The translations under genes were made by a program, and so were the position numbers. Below, in pieces: positions 28,800 through 39,240 of a stretch of 44,399 nucleotides of DNA. Origin of the DNA: Fidelibacterota bacterium (lineage in GTDB: Bacteria > Fidelibacterota > Marinisomatia > SCGC-AAA003-L08 > D37C17); contig PCCQ01000045.1 of the NCBI GenBank assembly GCA_002731795.1, forward strand, positions 1 through 44,399, written 5' to 3'. How positions within the stretch are numbered: position 1 is the stretch's first letter; each line of letters starts with the position of its first letter. The notes beneath the pieces are model-generated. The model searched no databases and had not been told where the DNA came from. It saw nothing but the letters and a program-made list of their open reading frames with translations.

Positions 28800-29942
28800 C
28801 TAATCCTCTATTAAATATTTATTATTTAAGTATTCATATTTTAAAGATGCTAAGTCAAAATCATCATTTATAATTGTGCTGTAAGAAAACAAACATATCT
28901 TACTATATCCACTATATTTTGACAAAATAATTTTTCTTGAAATCATGGGTATAGATTGATTGTAAATAGCGATACCCATTAAAACTTTATCCTTATTATT
29001 TATCTGTGTACTTATTTTTTTAATATTATCAATAAATATCTTTTCATCTATTGTATAATTCATTGGTATTATAAAATCAAGAATTCCATCATTAATCCAT
29101 TTTACCCAATCCTGTGACCATCTATTTTTTGCCTCTAAGGGATTTGGTTTTACCGCAGCACTTAATAAAATTTTGGAATTTGTTGAATTTATAAAATTTT
29201 TAATATCTTTTAGTAATGTGGTTATATTTTCTTGATTAAAAGTACTCCATAAATTGATAAGAGAATCAGTTTCAACCTTGCTTAATCCTAATTCAGTATA
29301 ATTTTGAATTACAAGTTTAGGATTAAAAAAATATTCCTTTTGAAATTGACTTATTGCTTCATCATTAAATCCATGATTTTTATCATTATGTCTTATATAG
29401 TCAAAATGTATTCCTGCTAGATTTGGATATTCTTTTATTAATTCTTCAATGATATCAAATAAATATACATTAACCTCAGGATGACTTGGTGATAAGTAAA
29501 TACTATTATCTAATTTATTATTTTGAGATGTATTATCTATCCATTCAGGATATTTAAATAAAATATGTTCTTTATCAAATGGCGGTTTTGGTGAAGTCCA
29601 TACTAAATAGGTGTTAATCCAAGCATGAATTTCTATGTTTAACAGGTCACCAAGTATTAAAGCATATTCTAAAGGATCTAAATTTTCATCAACATTTTGA
29701 TTAAAAGTTACTAATTTTGATTTATATAACGCATCATCTCTGGAGCGTACCTGTAAGAAAATATCTTTTATATTATTTTCAAATGCATAGAATATTAATG
29801 ACTCAATTGAGGATTTAGAATATAGATGATGACGTTCGACCCATATTGATGTATTAAAATCTCGATCAAATGAGAAAACAAAATTAGATATTATAATTAA
29901 AAAAAAATATTTGCTATTCAGAAACTGAACTACTGTCTTCAT
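28800..29942 (-). CDS. Glycoside-hydrolase-like family 10 (GHL10/DUF187, YngK/YddW-like) secreted protein
   Basis: Signal peptide. IFLQVRSRDDALYKS, IEIHAWINTYLVW, YLSPSHPEVNVYLFDIIEELIKEYPNLAGIHFDYIRH are typical of the GHL10 TIM-barrel family. Its start overlaps the rplQ 3' end by 29 nt. Confidence 0.6.
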   Translation of the reverse strand: MKTVVQFLNSKYFFLIIISNFVFSFDRDFNTSIWVERHHLYSKSSIESLIFYAFENNIKDIFLQVRSRDDALYKSKLVTFNQNVDENLDPLEYALILGDLLNIEIHAWINTYLVWTSPKPPFDKEHILFKYPEWIDNTSQNNKLDNSIYLSPSHPEVNVYLFDIIEELIKEYPNLAGIHFDYIRHNDKNHGFNDEAISQFQKEYFFNPKLVIQNYTELGLSKVETDSLINLWSTFNQENITTLLKDIKNFINSTNSKILLSAAVKPNPLEAKNRWSQDWVKWINDGILDFIIPMNYTIDEKIFIDNIKKISTQINNKDKVLMGIAIYNQSIPMISRKIILSKYSGYSKICLFSYSTIINDDFDLASLKYEYLNNKYLIED

Positions 29943-30324
29943 CTACTTTTGTATCCGAATCAAGAGAAACAAATTCAATAATAGACATTGTTGCATTATC
30001 ATTTTTTCTGTTATCTAATTTAATTATTCTAGTATATCCACCAGAACGATCTGAATAGTTAGGAGCAATATCATGAATTAAGATATTAGCCATCTTTTTT
30101 CCTAATTTTCCTGGTAGTTTTTGAGTAATTAATCTATGGCTAGATAAATTTCCCTTTTTAGCATATGTAACTAATCTTTCAACAAAACTTTGAAGTTCTT
30201 TGGCTTTTGGAAGAGTAGTCTTAATACTTTTATGCTCTATTAATGACATTGCAAGATTTCTTTTTAATGCAATTCTATGACTTGCAGTTCTATTTAATTT
30301 TCTACCTTTTACTAAATGTCTCAT
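29914..30324 (-). CDS. rplQ: 50S ribosomal protein L17
   Basis: MRHLVKGRKLNRTASHR hallmark N-terminus; last gene of the alpha operon. Confidence 0.95.
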   Translation of the reverse strand: MRHLVKGRKLNRTASHRIALKRNLAMSLIEHKSIKTTLPKAKELQSFVERLVTYAKKGNLSSHRLITQKLPGKLGKKMANILIHDIAPNYSDRSGGYTRIIKLDNRKNDNATMSIIEFVSLDSDTKVDEDSSSVSE

Positions 30325-30328
30325 ATTA

Positions 30329-31300
30329 TTACTCTATATTCATATATTGTGAAATATCCATGCCAAACTCAAGTCCCAATTCACTAAGTTTTGCAACTAA
30401 TTCCGTTAATGATTTACGACCAAAGTTTTTAAATTTGAGCATCTCGCTCTCATCTTTAGAAACTAATTCTCCAATAGTTTTTATTCCTGCAGCTTGTAGG
30501 CAATTATGGCTTCTAACTGATAATTCCATCTCATCTATTGTTTTTAATAATAGATTCTTAGTTTCAAGAGCTTCTGATAACTCCTTATCATCAACAGCCT
30601 TAATTGCTTCTGAATCATCAAAAAGGAAAAAACCATAATGATCTCTGGCAATTGTAGCTGCATGATTCATCGCATCTTTAGGATTAGTTGAACCATCTGA
30701 TTCAACTGTTAAAGATAATTTTTCATGTCCTTCAGAAGAAGTAGCTATAGGATCAACATTCCAAGAAACATTTAATATCGGATTAAAAAGAGCATCAATA
30801 GCTATTGTTCCAATTGTATCATCAGATCTTTTATTAGAATTTGCTAATGAATATCCTCTACCTCTTTGAACTCTCATTTCTATATCAAATTTTTTATCTG
30901 ATGTTATTTCTGCAATATGGTGGTCAGTATTTAAAACTTCAAAATCATTCAAATGCTTGTTTAGTTCTTTACCTTTAATCACAGAAGGGCCTTGAATTGA
31001 AAAATTAATTGTTTCAGGACCTTCATCCTTCATGCCAAAACGTAATTCCTTGAGATTTAGAACTATTTCAGTCAAGTCCTCTTTTACTCCATCAATAGCT
31101 GTAAACTCATGCTGTACACCGTCAATTTTAATAGATGTAATGGCAGCACCAGGGATTGAGGTTAATAGAATCCTTCTTAGGCTATTTCCAACAGTAACAC
31201 CATAACCTCTTTCAAATGGTTCGGCCTCTAGAGAAAGAGAAGTTTCGTTTTCATTAAGTATTTTAACATTAATATCAGAAAAATGTTTATTCTTAGACAT
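30329..31300 (-). CDS. rpoA: DNA-directed RNA polymerase subunit alpha
   Basis: NTD GNSLRRILLTSIPGAAITSIKIDGVQHEF and CTD ELSVRSHNCLQAAGIKTIGELV; 323 aa. Confidence 0.95.
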   Translation of the reverse strand: MSKNKHFSDINVKILNENETSLSLEAEPFERGYGVTVGNSLRRILLTSIPGAAITSIKIDGVQHEFTAIDGVKEDLTEIVLNLKELRFGMKDEGPETINFSIQGPSVIKGKELNKHLNDFEVLNTDHHIAEITSDKKFDIEMRVQRGRGYSLANSNKRSDDTIGTIAIDALFNPILNVSWNVDPIATSSEGHEKLSLTVESDGSTNPKDAMNHAATIARDHYGFFLFDDSEAIKAVDDKELSEALETKNLLLKTIDEMELSVRSHNCLQAAGIKTIGELVSKDESEMLKFKNFGRKSLTELVAKLSELGLEFGMDISQYMNIE

Positions 31301-31318
31301 ATTTATTTACCCTTATAA

Positions 31319-31930
31319 TTATTTTGAATACAATTCAACCACTAACTGTTCATTAATAGGTTCAACTATTTCATCTCTTTGAGGAGATGATAAAAAACTA
31401 CCTTGAAGTTTCGCTTTATCTATCCCTAACCATGGCATAGGATTATCACCTTGAATTTTTCTAAGTGATTCTTGAAAAATCTCCATTTTTTTACTTTTAT
31501 CCCTCACTGTTACAAAATCACCTTCTTTCAATTGAAATGATGGTATGTTAACAACTCTATTATTTACTAAAAAATGTTTATGAGAAACTAACTGCCTTGC
31601 TGATCTTCTTGTTGGGGCAAAACCCAATCTAAAAATAGTATTATCAAGTCTTGACTCAAGCATAATTAATAAATTTTCACCAGTAGGACCGTCTTTTTTT
31701 TGAGATTTTTTAAAATAATTTCTAAATTGTTTTTCAAGTAAACCGTACAAATATTTGATTCTTTGCTTCTCTCTCAACTGAATTCCATAATTTGAAAGTT
31801 TTCTTCTTCTTGAATTACCGTGTTGTCCTGGCGGATAATTTTTTCTCGGATTTCCAAATTTAGGTGACTCAAAGACTGGAAATTCTAATCTTCTACAAAC
31901 TCTTGCTCTTGGTCCTGTATATCTAGCCAT
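31319..31930 (-). CDS. rpsD: 30S ribosomal protein S4
   Basis: Canonical start MARYTGPRARVCRRLEF at ATG 31930. The track ORF begins 14 codons earlier inside rpsK, which is unlikely to be real. Confidence 0.93.
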   Translation of the reverse strand: MARYTGPRARVCRRLEFPVFESPKFGNPRKNYPPGQHGNSRRRKLSNYGIQLREKQRIKYLYGLLEKQFRNYFKKSQKKDGPTGENLLIMLESRLDNTIFRLGFAPTRRSARQLVSHKHFLVNNRVVNIPSFQLKEGDFVTVRDKSKKMEIFQESLRKIQGDNPMPWLGIDKAKLQGSFLSSPQRDEIVEPINEQLVVELYSK

Positions 31931-31937
31931 ATTTAAA

Positions 31938-32312
31938 TTATACCCTTCTTCTTTTAGGTGGCCTACATCCATTATGTGGAATAGGAGTCATATCTGTAAT
32001 ACTAGTTATATTTAATCCTGCTGCACGCAAAGATCTTATTGAAGATTCTCTACCTCCTCCAGGTCCTTTAACCCGAACTTCTACTGTAGTTAAACCTCTA
32101 TCAATTACTTCTTTTGCTAATTCTTCAGCTGCTTGCGAAGCCGCGAATGGAGTACTTTTCCTTGAACCTTTAAAGCCAAGAGATCCTGCACTTTTCCAGC
32201 CGATTGCATTACCATTTTTATCAGTTATTGTTATAATAGTATTATTAAAAGTTGCTTTTATAAAAGCAATGCCATCACTTGCTACTCTACTTTTTTTCTT
32301 TACTCTAGCCAA
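31938..32312 (-). CDS. rpsK: 30S ribosomal protein S11
   Basis: [18 protein letters not shown] and the C-terminal [13 protein letters not shown]. Confidence 0.95.
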   Translation of the reverse strand: MARVKKKSRVASDGIAFIKATFNNTIITITDKNGNAIGWKSAGSLGFKGSRKSTPFAASQAAEELAKEVIDRGLTTVEVRVKGPGGGRESSIRSLRAAGLNITSITDMTPIPHNGCRPPKRRRV

Positions 32313-32323
32313 ATTTAACTCCT

Positions 32324-32698
32324 TTATACAGCTTTCTTCTTACCAGCAACAGTTTTTTTCTTACCTTTTCTTGTTCTGGAATTATTTTTTGTGTTTTGTC
32401 CTCTCGCTGGAAGTCCTTTTTTATGTCTTGTACCCCTATAGGTTCCAATATCCATTAATCTCTTAATATTTCTAGTTATTTCACCTCTAAGTTCACCTTC
32501 AACATTATAGTTTTCAGAAATTTCATTTCTTATTGCAATTATCTGCTCTTCAGTGAGTTTATTTACTCTGATATTTGGATCTACGGAGGAAGCGCTTAAT
32601 ATTGCTTTTGCTTTAAATGCTCCAATACCATAAATATATTGTATTGCAAACTCTACTTTTTTATTTCTTGGTAAATCTACACCTGCAATTCTTGCCAT
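32324..32698 (-). CDS. rpsM: 30S ribosomal protein S13
   Basis: [26 protein letters not shown]. Confidence 0.95.
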   Translation of the reverse strand: MARIAGVDLPRNKKVEFAIQYIYGIGAFKAKAILSASSVDPNIRVNKLTEEQIIAIRNEISENYNVEGELRGEITRNIKRLMDIGTYRGTRHKKGLPARGQNTKNNSRTRKGKKKTVAGKKKAV

Positions 32699-32704
32699 TG
32701 ATTG

Positions 32705-32818
32705 TTATCCTTGTCTTTGCTTATGTTTTGGATTTATGCAAATAACTCTGAGAACACCTCTTCTCTTAATTATTTGACAATCTTTACACATTTTTTTTAT
32801 TGAAGCTCTTACTTTCAT
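32705..32818 (-). CDS. rpmJ: 50S ribosomal protein L36
   Basis: Not in the ORF track because it is too short. My own translation of the minus strand between infA and rpsM gives [37 protein letters not shown] plus TAA. Confidence 0.9.
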   Translation of the reverse strand: MKVRASIKKMCKDCQIIKRRGVLRVICINPKHKQRQG

Positions 32819-32823
32819 TGCAT

Positions 32824-33045
32824 TTAGTCCTTATATCGATAGGTTATTCTACCTCTAGATAAATCATAAGGAGATAATTCTAACTTTACCTTATCATTGG
32901 TTAATATCTTAATATAATTCATTCTCATTTTTCCTGAGATATGAGCTAAAATTTCATGACCATTCTCTAACTTTACTCTAAACATAGCGTTAGGCAGAGT
33001 TTCTAGAATAGTACCATCAACTTCTATATTTTCTTCTTTTGCCAT
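32824..33045 (-). CDS. infA: Translation initiation factor IF-1
   Basis: [48 protein letters not shown] (S1-like fold). Confidence 0.95.
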   Translation of the reverse strand: MAKEENIEVDGTILETLPNAMFRVKLENGHEILAHISGKMRMNYIKILTNDKVKLELSPYDLSRGRITYRYKD

Positions 33046-33788
33046 TATACTGTCAAAATCCTTGGTCCATCTTTATCAACTGTTATTGTATGCTCAAAAT
33101 GGGCTGATGGAGTGCCATCTTTTGTACATATAGTCCAATTATCTGTTTTGGTGAATATTTCATCAGTCCCAAAATTAATCATTGGTTCTATAGCAAAACA
33201 CATTCCTTCTTTTATTAAATCTCCAGTATTTTGCTCTCCATAATTTGGTATTTGAGGCTCTTCGTGTAATTCTTGACCAATACCATGACCTACTAAATCT
33301 TTAACTACACCAAACCCAAATGATTCAGCATAGGATTGAATAGCATGACCTATATCACCAATTCTATTGCCTGGCTTTGCTTGATTAATACCTTTCATGA
33401 GACATTCTTTTGTTACATCAATTAGTTTTTCTTTATCAGAATCAATATCTCCTACTGGAAATGTCTTTGCATGGTCTCCGTAAAAACCTTCATGTATTGA
33501 TCCAACATCAATTCCGATTATATCACCCTCGATTAATTTTCTATTGCTTGGTACTCCATGGACAACTTCATCATTAATTGAAACACACAATGTGCCAGGA
33601 AAACCATACAATCCTTTAAACGCAGGTTTAGCCCCTTGATTTAGAATAAAATTTTCTGCGAATGCATCTAATTCTAATGTTGTTACACCAGGTTTAACCA
33701 AATTTTCAAGTTCAAAAAGTAAATCTCTTACTATTTCAGCAGCACGACTCATTTTTTCAATTTCAGTTCTAGATTTAATCTTAATCAT
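33045..33788 (-). CDS. map: Methionine aminopeptidase type I
   Basis: [24 protein letters not shown], the metal ligands D..D, LVGHGIG, and EPMI. The start is placed at ATG 33788 ([13 protein letters not shown]), 4 nt after the secY stop. The track ORF extends 20 codons into secY. Confidence 0.9.
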   Translation of the reverse strand: MIKIKSRTEIEKMSRAAEIVRDLLFELENLVKPGVTTLELDAFAENFILNQGAKPAFKGLYGFPGTLCVSINDEVVHGVPSNRKLIEGDIIGIDVGSIHEGFYGDHAKTFPVGDIDSDKEKLIDVTKECLMKGINQAKPGNRIGDIGHAIQSYAESFGFGVVKDLVGHGIGQELHEEPQIPNYGEQNTGDLIKEGMCFAIEPMINFGTDEIFTKTDNWTICTKDGTPSAHFEHTITVDKDGPRILTV

Positions 33789-33792
33789 GATA

Positions 33793-35136
33793 TTAATATT
33801 TTCTTTTACTTCTTCCTTGAATTTTACCTGACTTGAGAAAGCCATCATAATGCCTGGTAATTAAATGTGACTCTATTTGCTGAAGAGTATCTAATGCTAC
33901 TCCAACTAAAATTAATATACTAGTTCCACCATAAAACATAGCTAAGGAAGGATCCATTCCATACTTCATCAAACCAGTTGGAATAATTGCTACAAAAGCT
34001 AGGAAGAATGAAGCTGGTAAAGTTACTCTTGTTAAAATGTTATCAATATAATCTGCTGTTGATTTTCCAGGTCTAACGCCAGGTATAAAACCACCATTCT
34101 TTTTCATATTATCTGCAACATCAACAGGGTTGAATGCTATTGCAGTGTAAAAATATGTAAAAATAATTATTAAAATTGCTAAGAAAATAGCATAAATCCA
34201 GCTATCTGGACTAAAATTTGTAATAAACCATTGACCTAATGATCCAGAAAACATTGAACCAATGGTGTTTGGTAGAAACATTAAAGCCTGTGCAAAAATA
34301 ATCGGCATCACACCAGCAGTTAAAATTTTCAATGGCAAATGTGTAGCTTGGCCACCATACACTTTTCTGCCCACAACTCTTTTTGCGTATTGGACTGGAA
34401 TTTTTCTTACACCAGTAGTAATCATAACAACAAATAAAGTTATTACTACCATCAATAAAATAGCTGGAATTACAGAAGTGAGTATATAGGCTGAGGGTTG
34501 TTCAGCTATTTGTGCCATTTGTATATTAAAAACATGAGGAGCTTGAGCTAAAATACCAACCATAATTATAAGTGAAATTCCATTACCCAATCCATGATCA
34601 GAAATTTTTTCTCCTAACCACATCACAAAAACTGTTCCTGTAACTAAAGTAACAATAGTAACAAAATAAAACATAAAGTTTGCATTAGGTACAACAGGCT
34701 GAGCTCCACCAGCCATTTGAAATTCTTGACTTGCGAGAAACACAGATACACCCACAGATTGCAATAAAGAAATTAATACTGTTCCATATCTGGTAAGTTG
34801 GATAATTTTCCTTCTACCTTCTTCACCTTCTTTATTAAGACGTTGGAAGTATGGCACTACTGAACCCAAAAGCTGAATTATAATAGAAGCAGATATATAG
34901 GGCATAATTCCAAGTGCAAAAATTGAAGCTTGAGAGAAAAATCCACCTGCAAACATATCATATAGACCTAATATTGTAGATTTGTAAGTTTCCATAACTC
35001 TTTGAAGAACTACCCTATCAAGCCCAGGTAAAGGTACGTGCCCCCCAAGTCTATAAACAAGAAGCAAAGCAGATGTAAAAGCTACTTTTTTTCGAAGTTC
35101 AGGTATGTAAAAAATATTTATGAAACTTTTGATCAT
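33793..35136 (-). CDS. secY: Preprotein translocase subunit SecY
   Basis: 447 aa, 10-TM pattern, GIMPYISASIIIQLL block, and position after rplO. Confidence 0.95.
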   Translation of the reverse strand: MIKSFINIFYIPELRKKVAFTSALLLVYRLGGHVPLPGLDRVVLQRVMETYKSTILGLYDMFAGGFFSQASIFALGIMPYISASIIIQLLGSVVPYFQRLNKEGEEGRRKIIQLTRYGTVLISLLQSVGVSVFLASQEFQMAGGAQPVVPNANFMFYFVTIVTLVTGTVFVMWLGEKISDHGLGNGISLIIMVGILAQAPHVFNIQMAQIAEQPSAYILTSVIPAILLMVVITLFVVMITTGVRKIPVQYAKRVVGRKVYGGQATHLPLKILTAGVMPIIFAQALMFLPNTIGSMFSGSLGQWFITNFSPDSWIYAIFLAILIIIFTYFYTAIAFNPVDVADNMKKNGGFIPGVRPGKSTADYIDNILTRVTLPASFFLAFVAIIPTGLMKYGMDPSLAMFYGGTSILILVGVALDTLQQIESHLITRHYDGFLKSGKIQGRSKRKY

Positions 35137-35591
35137 ATAATATCAGCCTTTCCTCCAGCTTTTTCAATTTTACTTTTAGCGGAATCACTATAAAAATCTA
35201 CTTTAATGTTGATTGATGAATTAACCTCTCCATCACCGAGTACTTTAACCTGAGAATTGACATTTTTTATTAAACCATTTTCTTTTAATATATTTTTATC
35301 AATATCTTTTAAATTTAATTTTACTAAATCACCCAAATTAAGAATTTGAATATTTTTTTTATTTTTTCTAAGGTGATTAAATTTACCATTACCCATACCA
35401 CGTTTAGGTAATCTTCTGGCTAGAGGTGTTTGTCCACCTTCAAAATGCAATTTAGCTTTTGTTCCTGACCTAGATTTATAGCCATTGTGGCCCTTGCCTG
35501 CAGTTCTTCCCTGTCCAGTAGCATTACCTCGTCCAATTCTTTTTCTATTAGAGGTAGCCCCTTTAGCTGGTTTCAAATTATTCAAACCCAT
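35133..35591 (-). CDS. rplO: 50S ribosomal protein L15
   Basis: GRGNATGQGRTAGKGHNGYKSRSG. Confidence 0.95.
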   Translation of the reverse strand: MGLNNLKPAKGATSNRKRIGRGNATGQGRTAGKGHNGYKSRSGTKAKLHFEGGQTPLARRLPKRGMGNGKFNHLRKNKKNIQILNLGDLVKLNLKDIDKNILKENGLIKNVNSQVKVLGDGEVNSSINIKVDFYSDSAKSKIEKAGGKADII

Positions 35592-35776
35592 TATATTTCC
35601 TTTGTTTTAATCAAAAATTCAATAGTTTTTATCATACCTTGAATCTGAGGATTAATATTTTTGACTACAGTTTTATTCATTTTAGTTAAGCCTAAAGCCT
35701 CAAGAGTTTTCTTAACATTAGGTTTGTAGCCAATTGGGCTTTTAACTAGTTTTATCTCAATTTTTTTACTTGCCAT
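35591..35776 (-). CDS. rpmD: 50S ribosomal protein L30
   Basis: IKLVKSPIGYKPNVKKTLEALGL; 61 aa. Confidence 0.92.
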   Translation of the reverse strand: MASKKIEIKLVKSPIGYKPNVKKTLEALGLTKMNKTVVKNINPQIQGMIKTIEFLIKTKEI

Positions 35777-35788
35777 CGATGCTAACCC

Positions 35789-36295
35789 CTAGCTAAAAAG
35801 TTGTTTTAAGTTAATTCCTCGATCTCTAGCCACCATAAGAGGATCCCTAAGTTCCATTAATCCTTTTTGTACTGCTTTGACAACATTTACAGGATTCGAA
35901 GAACCAGTTACTTTTGATAAAATATTTGTAATACCTACCAACTCTAGAACCTGTCTTACCGCACCACCTGCAATAATACCAGTTCCAGGCGATGCTGGCT
36001 TAAGAATTAGTCTCACAGATCCATATTTAATTTTTAACTCATGAGGTATAGTTGAATTAATTATTGGTGCTTTAAAAATATTTTTCTTTGCATCCTCTTT
36101 TGCTTTGTTCACAGCAGATGCTACATCAATAGCCTTTCCAAAACCTAAACCTACATGGCCATTTCCATCACCAACAGCAACTACACTATTAAATCTCATA
36201 GCTCTTCCACCTGTAGTTGCTTTTGATATTCTTTTTATTGAGATTACATTCTCATCTTTCAAATCAAGCTCTGCAGGATTAATAAATGTTCTCAT
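35789..36295 (-). CDS. rpsE: 30S ribosomal protein S5
   Basis: ISIKRISKATTGGRAMRFNSVVAVGDGNGHVGLGFGKA. Confidence 0.95.
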   Translation of the reverse strand: MRTFINPAELDLKDENVISIKRISKATTGGRAMRFNSVVAVGDGNGHVGLGFGKAIDVASAVNKAKEDAKKNIFKAPIINSTIPHELKIKYGSVRLILKPASPGTGIIAGGAVRQVLELVGITNILSKVTGSSNPVNVVKAVQKGLMELRDPLMVARDRGINLKQLFS

Positions 36296-36307
36296 TATGC
36301 TCCTTTT

Positions 36308-36676
36308 CTAAATTTTTATTCCGTTATCTCTAAGCGTATCTGCTATAGCTTTAACTCTTCCATGGAATCTATATCCACTTCTATCAAAAACAACCTGATC
36401 AATTTTTTTAGTTTTTAATTTCTTTGAAAGATCATTAGCCACAATATTGCTTACGTCAATTTTATTTTTACTTTTAGCTATTTCTTTAGCTATACTTTTA
36501 TCGAGACTTGAGGAAGAACAGATAGTAGAATTAGTTTTATTATCAATTAATTGAACGGAAATATTTTTATTAGATCTAAAAATAATAATTTTTGGACATT
36601 TCAATTTTTTATTAATTTTATAAGCAATTCTACTTTGCTTGTTTTTCCAATGATTTCTTTTAGTTATAACTGACAT
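36308..36676 (-). CDS. rplR: 50S ribosomal protein L18
   Basis: RSNKNISVQLID and FDRSGYRFHGRVKAIADTLRDNG. Confidence 0.93.
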   Translation of the reverse strand: MSVITKRNHWKNKQSRIAYKINKKLKCPKIIIFRSNKNISVQLIDNKTNSTICSSSSLDKSIAKEIAKSKNKIDVSNIVANDLSKKLKTKKIDQVVFDRSGYRFHGRVKAIADTLRDNGIKI

Positions 36677-37219
36677 CTATGCTCCGACTGTTTTTCCTGC
36701 TTTTCTTCTAATGTGCTCATCAGAATATTTAACTCCTTTGCCTTTAAATGGCTCAGGCTTTCTTAAACTTCTTATTTTTGCTGAAACTTCTCCTACTTCT
36801 TGTTTATCAATACCTTTAACAATAATCGTAGTATTATTTGGAGTTTCAAAGGTTATAGTATCTGGTTTTTCAAAATAAATAGGATGAGAATACCCCAGAT
36901 TAAGAAGTAAAAATTTATTACTACTTGCATCTGCAGTATATCCAACACCCACTAGTTGTAATTCTTTTTTATATCCTTCAGAAACACCTTCAATCATATT
37001 AGAAACTAGAGCTCTTGTTAGTCCATGCAGCTCTTTGTTTATTTTAGAATCGTCTTTTCTAGCTACAATCAAACTATCATCTTTAATTGTTATGTTAATA
37101 CCATCTTTAAAATTTAATGATAACTCACCCAAAGGTCCTTTAGCAGTAATAGAATTACTTTCAATATTTACTGACACCTTTTCAGGAATTACAATTTCTT
37201 TTCTTCCGATTTGAGACAT
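36677..37219 (-). CDS. rplF: 50S ribosomal protein L6
   Basis: MSQIGRKEIVIPEKVSV, the LVGVGY block, and the C-terminal KGKGVKY. Confidence 0.95.
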   Translation of the reverse strand: MSQIGRKEIVIPEKVSVNIESNSITAKGPLGELSLNFKDGINITIKDDSLIVARKDDSKINKELHGLTRALVSNMIEGVSEGYKKELQLVGVGYTADASSNKFLLLNLGYSHPIYFEKPDTITFETPNNTTIIVKGIDKQEVGEVSAKIRSLRKPEPFKGKGVKYSDEHIRRKAGKTVGA

Positions 37220-37240
37220 TATAAAATATTTTCCTTAGTT

Positions 37241-37639
37241 TTACCAAACATGGCAGAGGACTTCTCCACCTACGTTTAATGTTTTAGCTTTTTTATCCGA
37301 AACAACACCCTTGGAAGTGGATAAAATTGCTATACCCATACCATTTAATACTCGTGGTAATTTATCTGAACTAACATAATTTCTACATCCTGGCTTACTT
37401 ATTCTTTCAATACCATGGATGACTGGATTATTATTCTGATCATAATTCAAGAAAATTCTTAAACTATCCTGCGTTTCATCTTTAATCAATATATAATCTC
37501 TTATAAAATTTTCTTCCTTAAGAACATAAGAGAGTCTAATCTTTAATTTTGATACAGGTATATCTGTCCAAGGTTTTAATGCCATTTGAGCATTTCTTAT
37601 TCTTGTTAAAAAATCTGCTACTGGATCTGTCATCGTCAT
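37241..37639 (-). CDS. rpsH: 30S ribosomal protein S8
   Basis: MTDPVADFLTRIRNA and the C-terminal GGEVLCHVW. Confidence 0.95.
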   Translation of the reverse strand: MTMTDPVADFLTRIRNAQMALKPWTDIPVSKLKIRLSYVLKEENFIRDYILIKDETQDSLRIFLNYDQNNNPVIHGIERISKPGCRNYVSSDKLPRVLNGMGIAILSTSKGVVSDKKAKTLNVGGEVLCHVW

Positions 37640-37660
37640 AAGTAATAATTTCCTTTTATT

Positions 37661-37966
37661 TTACCAACTAGCCTTTGATACTCCAGGAATCATTCCTTTA
37701 GAAGCTAATTCTCTAAAAGTTATTCTGGATAAGCCAAACTTTCTATATACTCCTCTGGGTCTACCTGTAACATTGCACCTATTACGAACTCGTATTCTAC
37801 TAGAATTTTTAGGCAATTTTTCCAATTTCAATCTAAAAGCCTGTCTCTCTTCAAAAGAGAGTTCAGGATTATAAATTTGCTCTAATAGTTTTTTTCTTTT
37901 TTCAAAATATCTATTTGATAACTTGATTTTATGATGATTATTGACAACTTTAGATTTTTTAGCCAT
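37661..37966 (-). CDS. rpsN: 30S ribosomal protein S14 (long, non-zinc form)
   Basis: [41 protein letters not shown]; 101 aa with no CxxC pairs. Confidence 0.93.
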   Translation of the reverse strand: MAKKSKVVNNHHKIKLSNRYFEKRKKLLEQIYNPELSFEERQAFRLKLEKLPKNSSRIRVRNRCNVTGRPRGVYRKFGLSRITFRELASKGMIPGVSKASW

Positions 37967-38542
37967 TTATATACTCTCCTCAGTCGCTTTTTTAGATACC
38001 TCTCTAAAAGGAAATCCAAATAATTTAATTAATTTTAATGCTGATTTGTCATCTTTAGCAGAAGTTACAAATGTTAAATTCATACCTCTTATGCCATTAA
38101 TTTTATCGTAATTAATTTCAGGAAATATTACCTGCTCATTTATTCCAAAGTTATAATTTCCACTTCCATCAAAACCTTTAGGAGAAAATCCTCTAAAGTC
38201 CCTAATTCGAGGAGATACAATAGCAATAAATCTTTCAAGAAATTCGTACATATTTCTTCTTCTAAGAGTAACAGATACTCCAACAGGATCCTTCTCCCGA
38301 GTTTTAAAGTTAGAAATAGCTTTCTTTGATCTAGTTATAACAGGTTTTTGTCCAGAAATAGCTGCCATTTCTTCAACGGCTTGCTTTAAGCCATTTTTAT
38401 TATCCTTAGCATCACCTAAACCCATGTTTAGAACTATTTTTTCTAATCGTGGGACTTGCATTACATTGTCGCAATTCAAGTCTTTATGTAATTCTTGTAT
38501 AATATTTTGCTTATAAAAATTTTCTAAGTTTGCTTTTTCCAT
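37967..38542 (-). CDS. rplE: 50S ribosomal protein L5
   Basis: NVMQVPRLEKIVLNMGLGDA and RGMNLTFVT. Confidence 0.95.
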   Translation of the reverse strand: MEKANLENFYKQNIIQELHKDLNCDNVMQVPRLEKIVLNMGLGDAKDNKNGLKQAVEEMAAISGQKPVITRSKKAISNFKTREKDPVGVSVTLRRRNMYEFLERFIAIVSPRIRDFRGFSPKGFDGSGNYNFGINEQVIFPEINYDKINGIRGMNLTFVTSAKDDKSALKLIKLFGFPFREVSKKATEESI

Positions 38543-38551
38543 AATCTATAT

Positions 38552-38857
38552 TTAATCTAAAATGTTATTTGTTTTTTTTGAATATCTAACTTTTGAACCA
38601 TTATCAAGAAATTTATATCCAATCTTTACAGGTGAATCATTTTCAACATACAATACATTAGATGAATGTATTGATGTTTCTTTTTTCATAATTCCACCCT
38701 GAGGATTTTCCTGAGTTGGTCTTTCATGCTTATTAATAATATTAACACCTTCTACAATCACTCTATCTTTTTCAGGATATACCTTAATTATTCTTCCTTG
38801 TTGACCTTTGTATTTCCCTGTTATTACTTGAACAATATCATTTTTTTTAAATTTCAT
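38552..38857 (-). CDS. rplX: 50S ribosomal protein L24
   Basis: MKFKKNDIVQVITGKYKGQQGRIIKV (KOW motif). Confidence 0.93.
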   Translation of the reverse strand: MKFKKNDIVQVITGKYKGQQGRIIKVYPEKDRVIVEGVNIINKHERPTQENPQGGIMKKETSIHSSNVLYVENDSPVKIGYKFLDNGSKVRYSKKTNNILD

Positions 38858-38859
38858 AT

Positions 38860-39228
38860 TTATATCACTTCCGGAGCTAAAGAAAGAATTTTCATAAATT
38901 TTTTCTCTCTTAATTCTCTTCCAACAGGACCAAAAACCCTAGTACCTGTAGGCTCCATTTGATTATTTATTAAAACAGCAGCATTGTCATCAAATCTTAT
39001 ATAGGAACCATCTTTTCTGCGAATTTCTTTCCTAGTTCTAACAATAACAGCTTTAGAAATAGTTCCTTTTTTTAAATTTCCACCAGGGATTGCTTTTTTT
39101 ACGGTAACTACTATCACATCACCAAGTCTTGCATATTTACGCTTTGTACCACCTAAAACTCTAATACACAAAACTTCTTTTGCTCCAGTGTTATCCGCTA
39201 CATTTAATCTAGTCTCTTGTTGAATCAC
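38860..39228 (-). CDS. rplN: 50S ribosomal protein L14
   Basis: [27 protein letters not shown]. Confidence 0.96.
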   Translation of the reverse strand: MIQQETRLNVADNTGAKEVLCIRVLGGTKRKYARLGDVIVVTVKKAIPGGNLKKGTISKAVIVRTRKEIRRKDGSYIRFDDNAAVLINNQMEPTGTRVFGPVGRELREKKFMKILSLAPEVI

Positions 39229-39240
39229 AAATCTTAACCT

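Noticed and set aside
30243-30638. 131-aa plus-strand ORF spanning the rplQ/rpoA junction
   Set aside because: It lies antisense to two universally conserved genes and has a low-complexity Ser/Leu/Phe-rich translation, so it is a shadow ORF.
31931-31972. 14-codon N-terminal extension of S4 (track ORF start at 31972)
   Set aside because: The extension lies inside the rpsK coding region. The canonical S4 N-terminus MARYTGP begins at ATG 31930.
33789-33848. 20-codon N-terminal extension of methionine aminopeptidase overlapping secY
   Set aside because: An internal ATG at 33788 gives the usual MAP N-terminus and sits 4 nt after the secY stop. The longer form would overlap secY by 56 nt.
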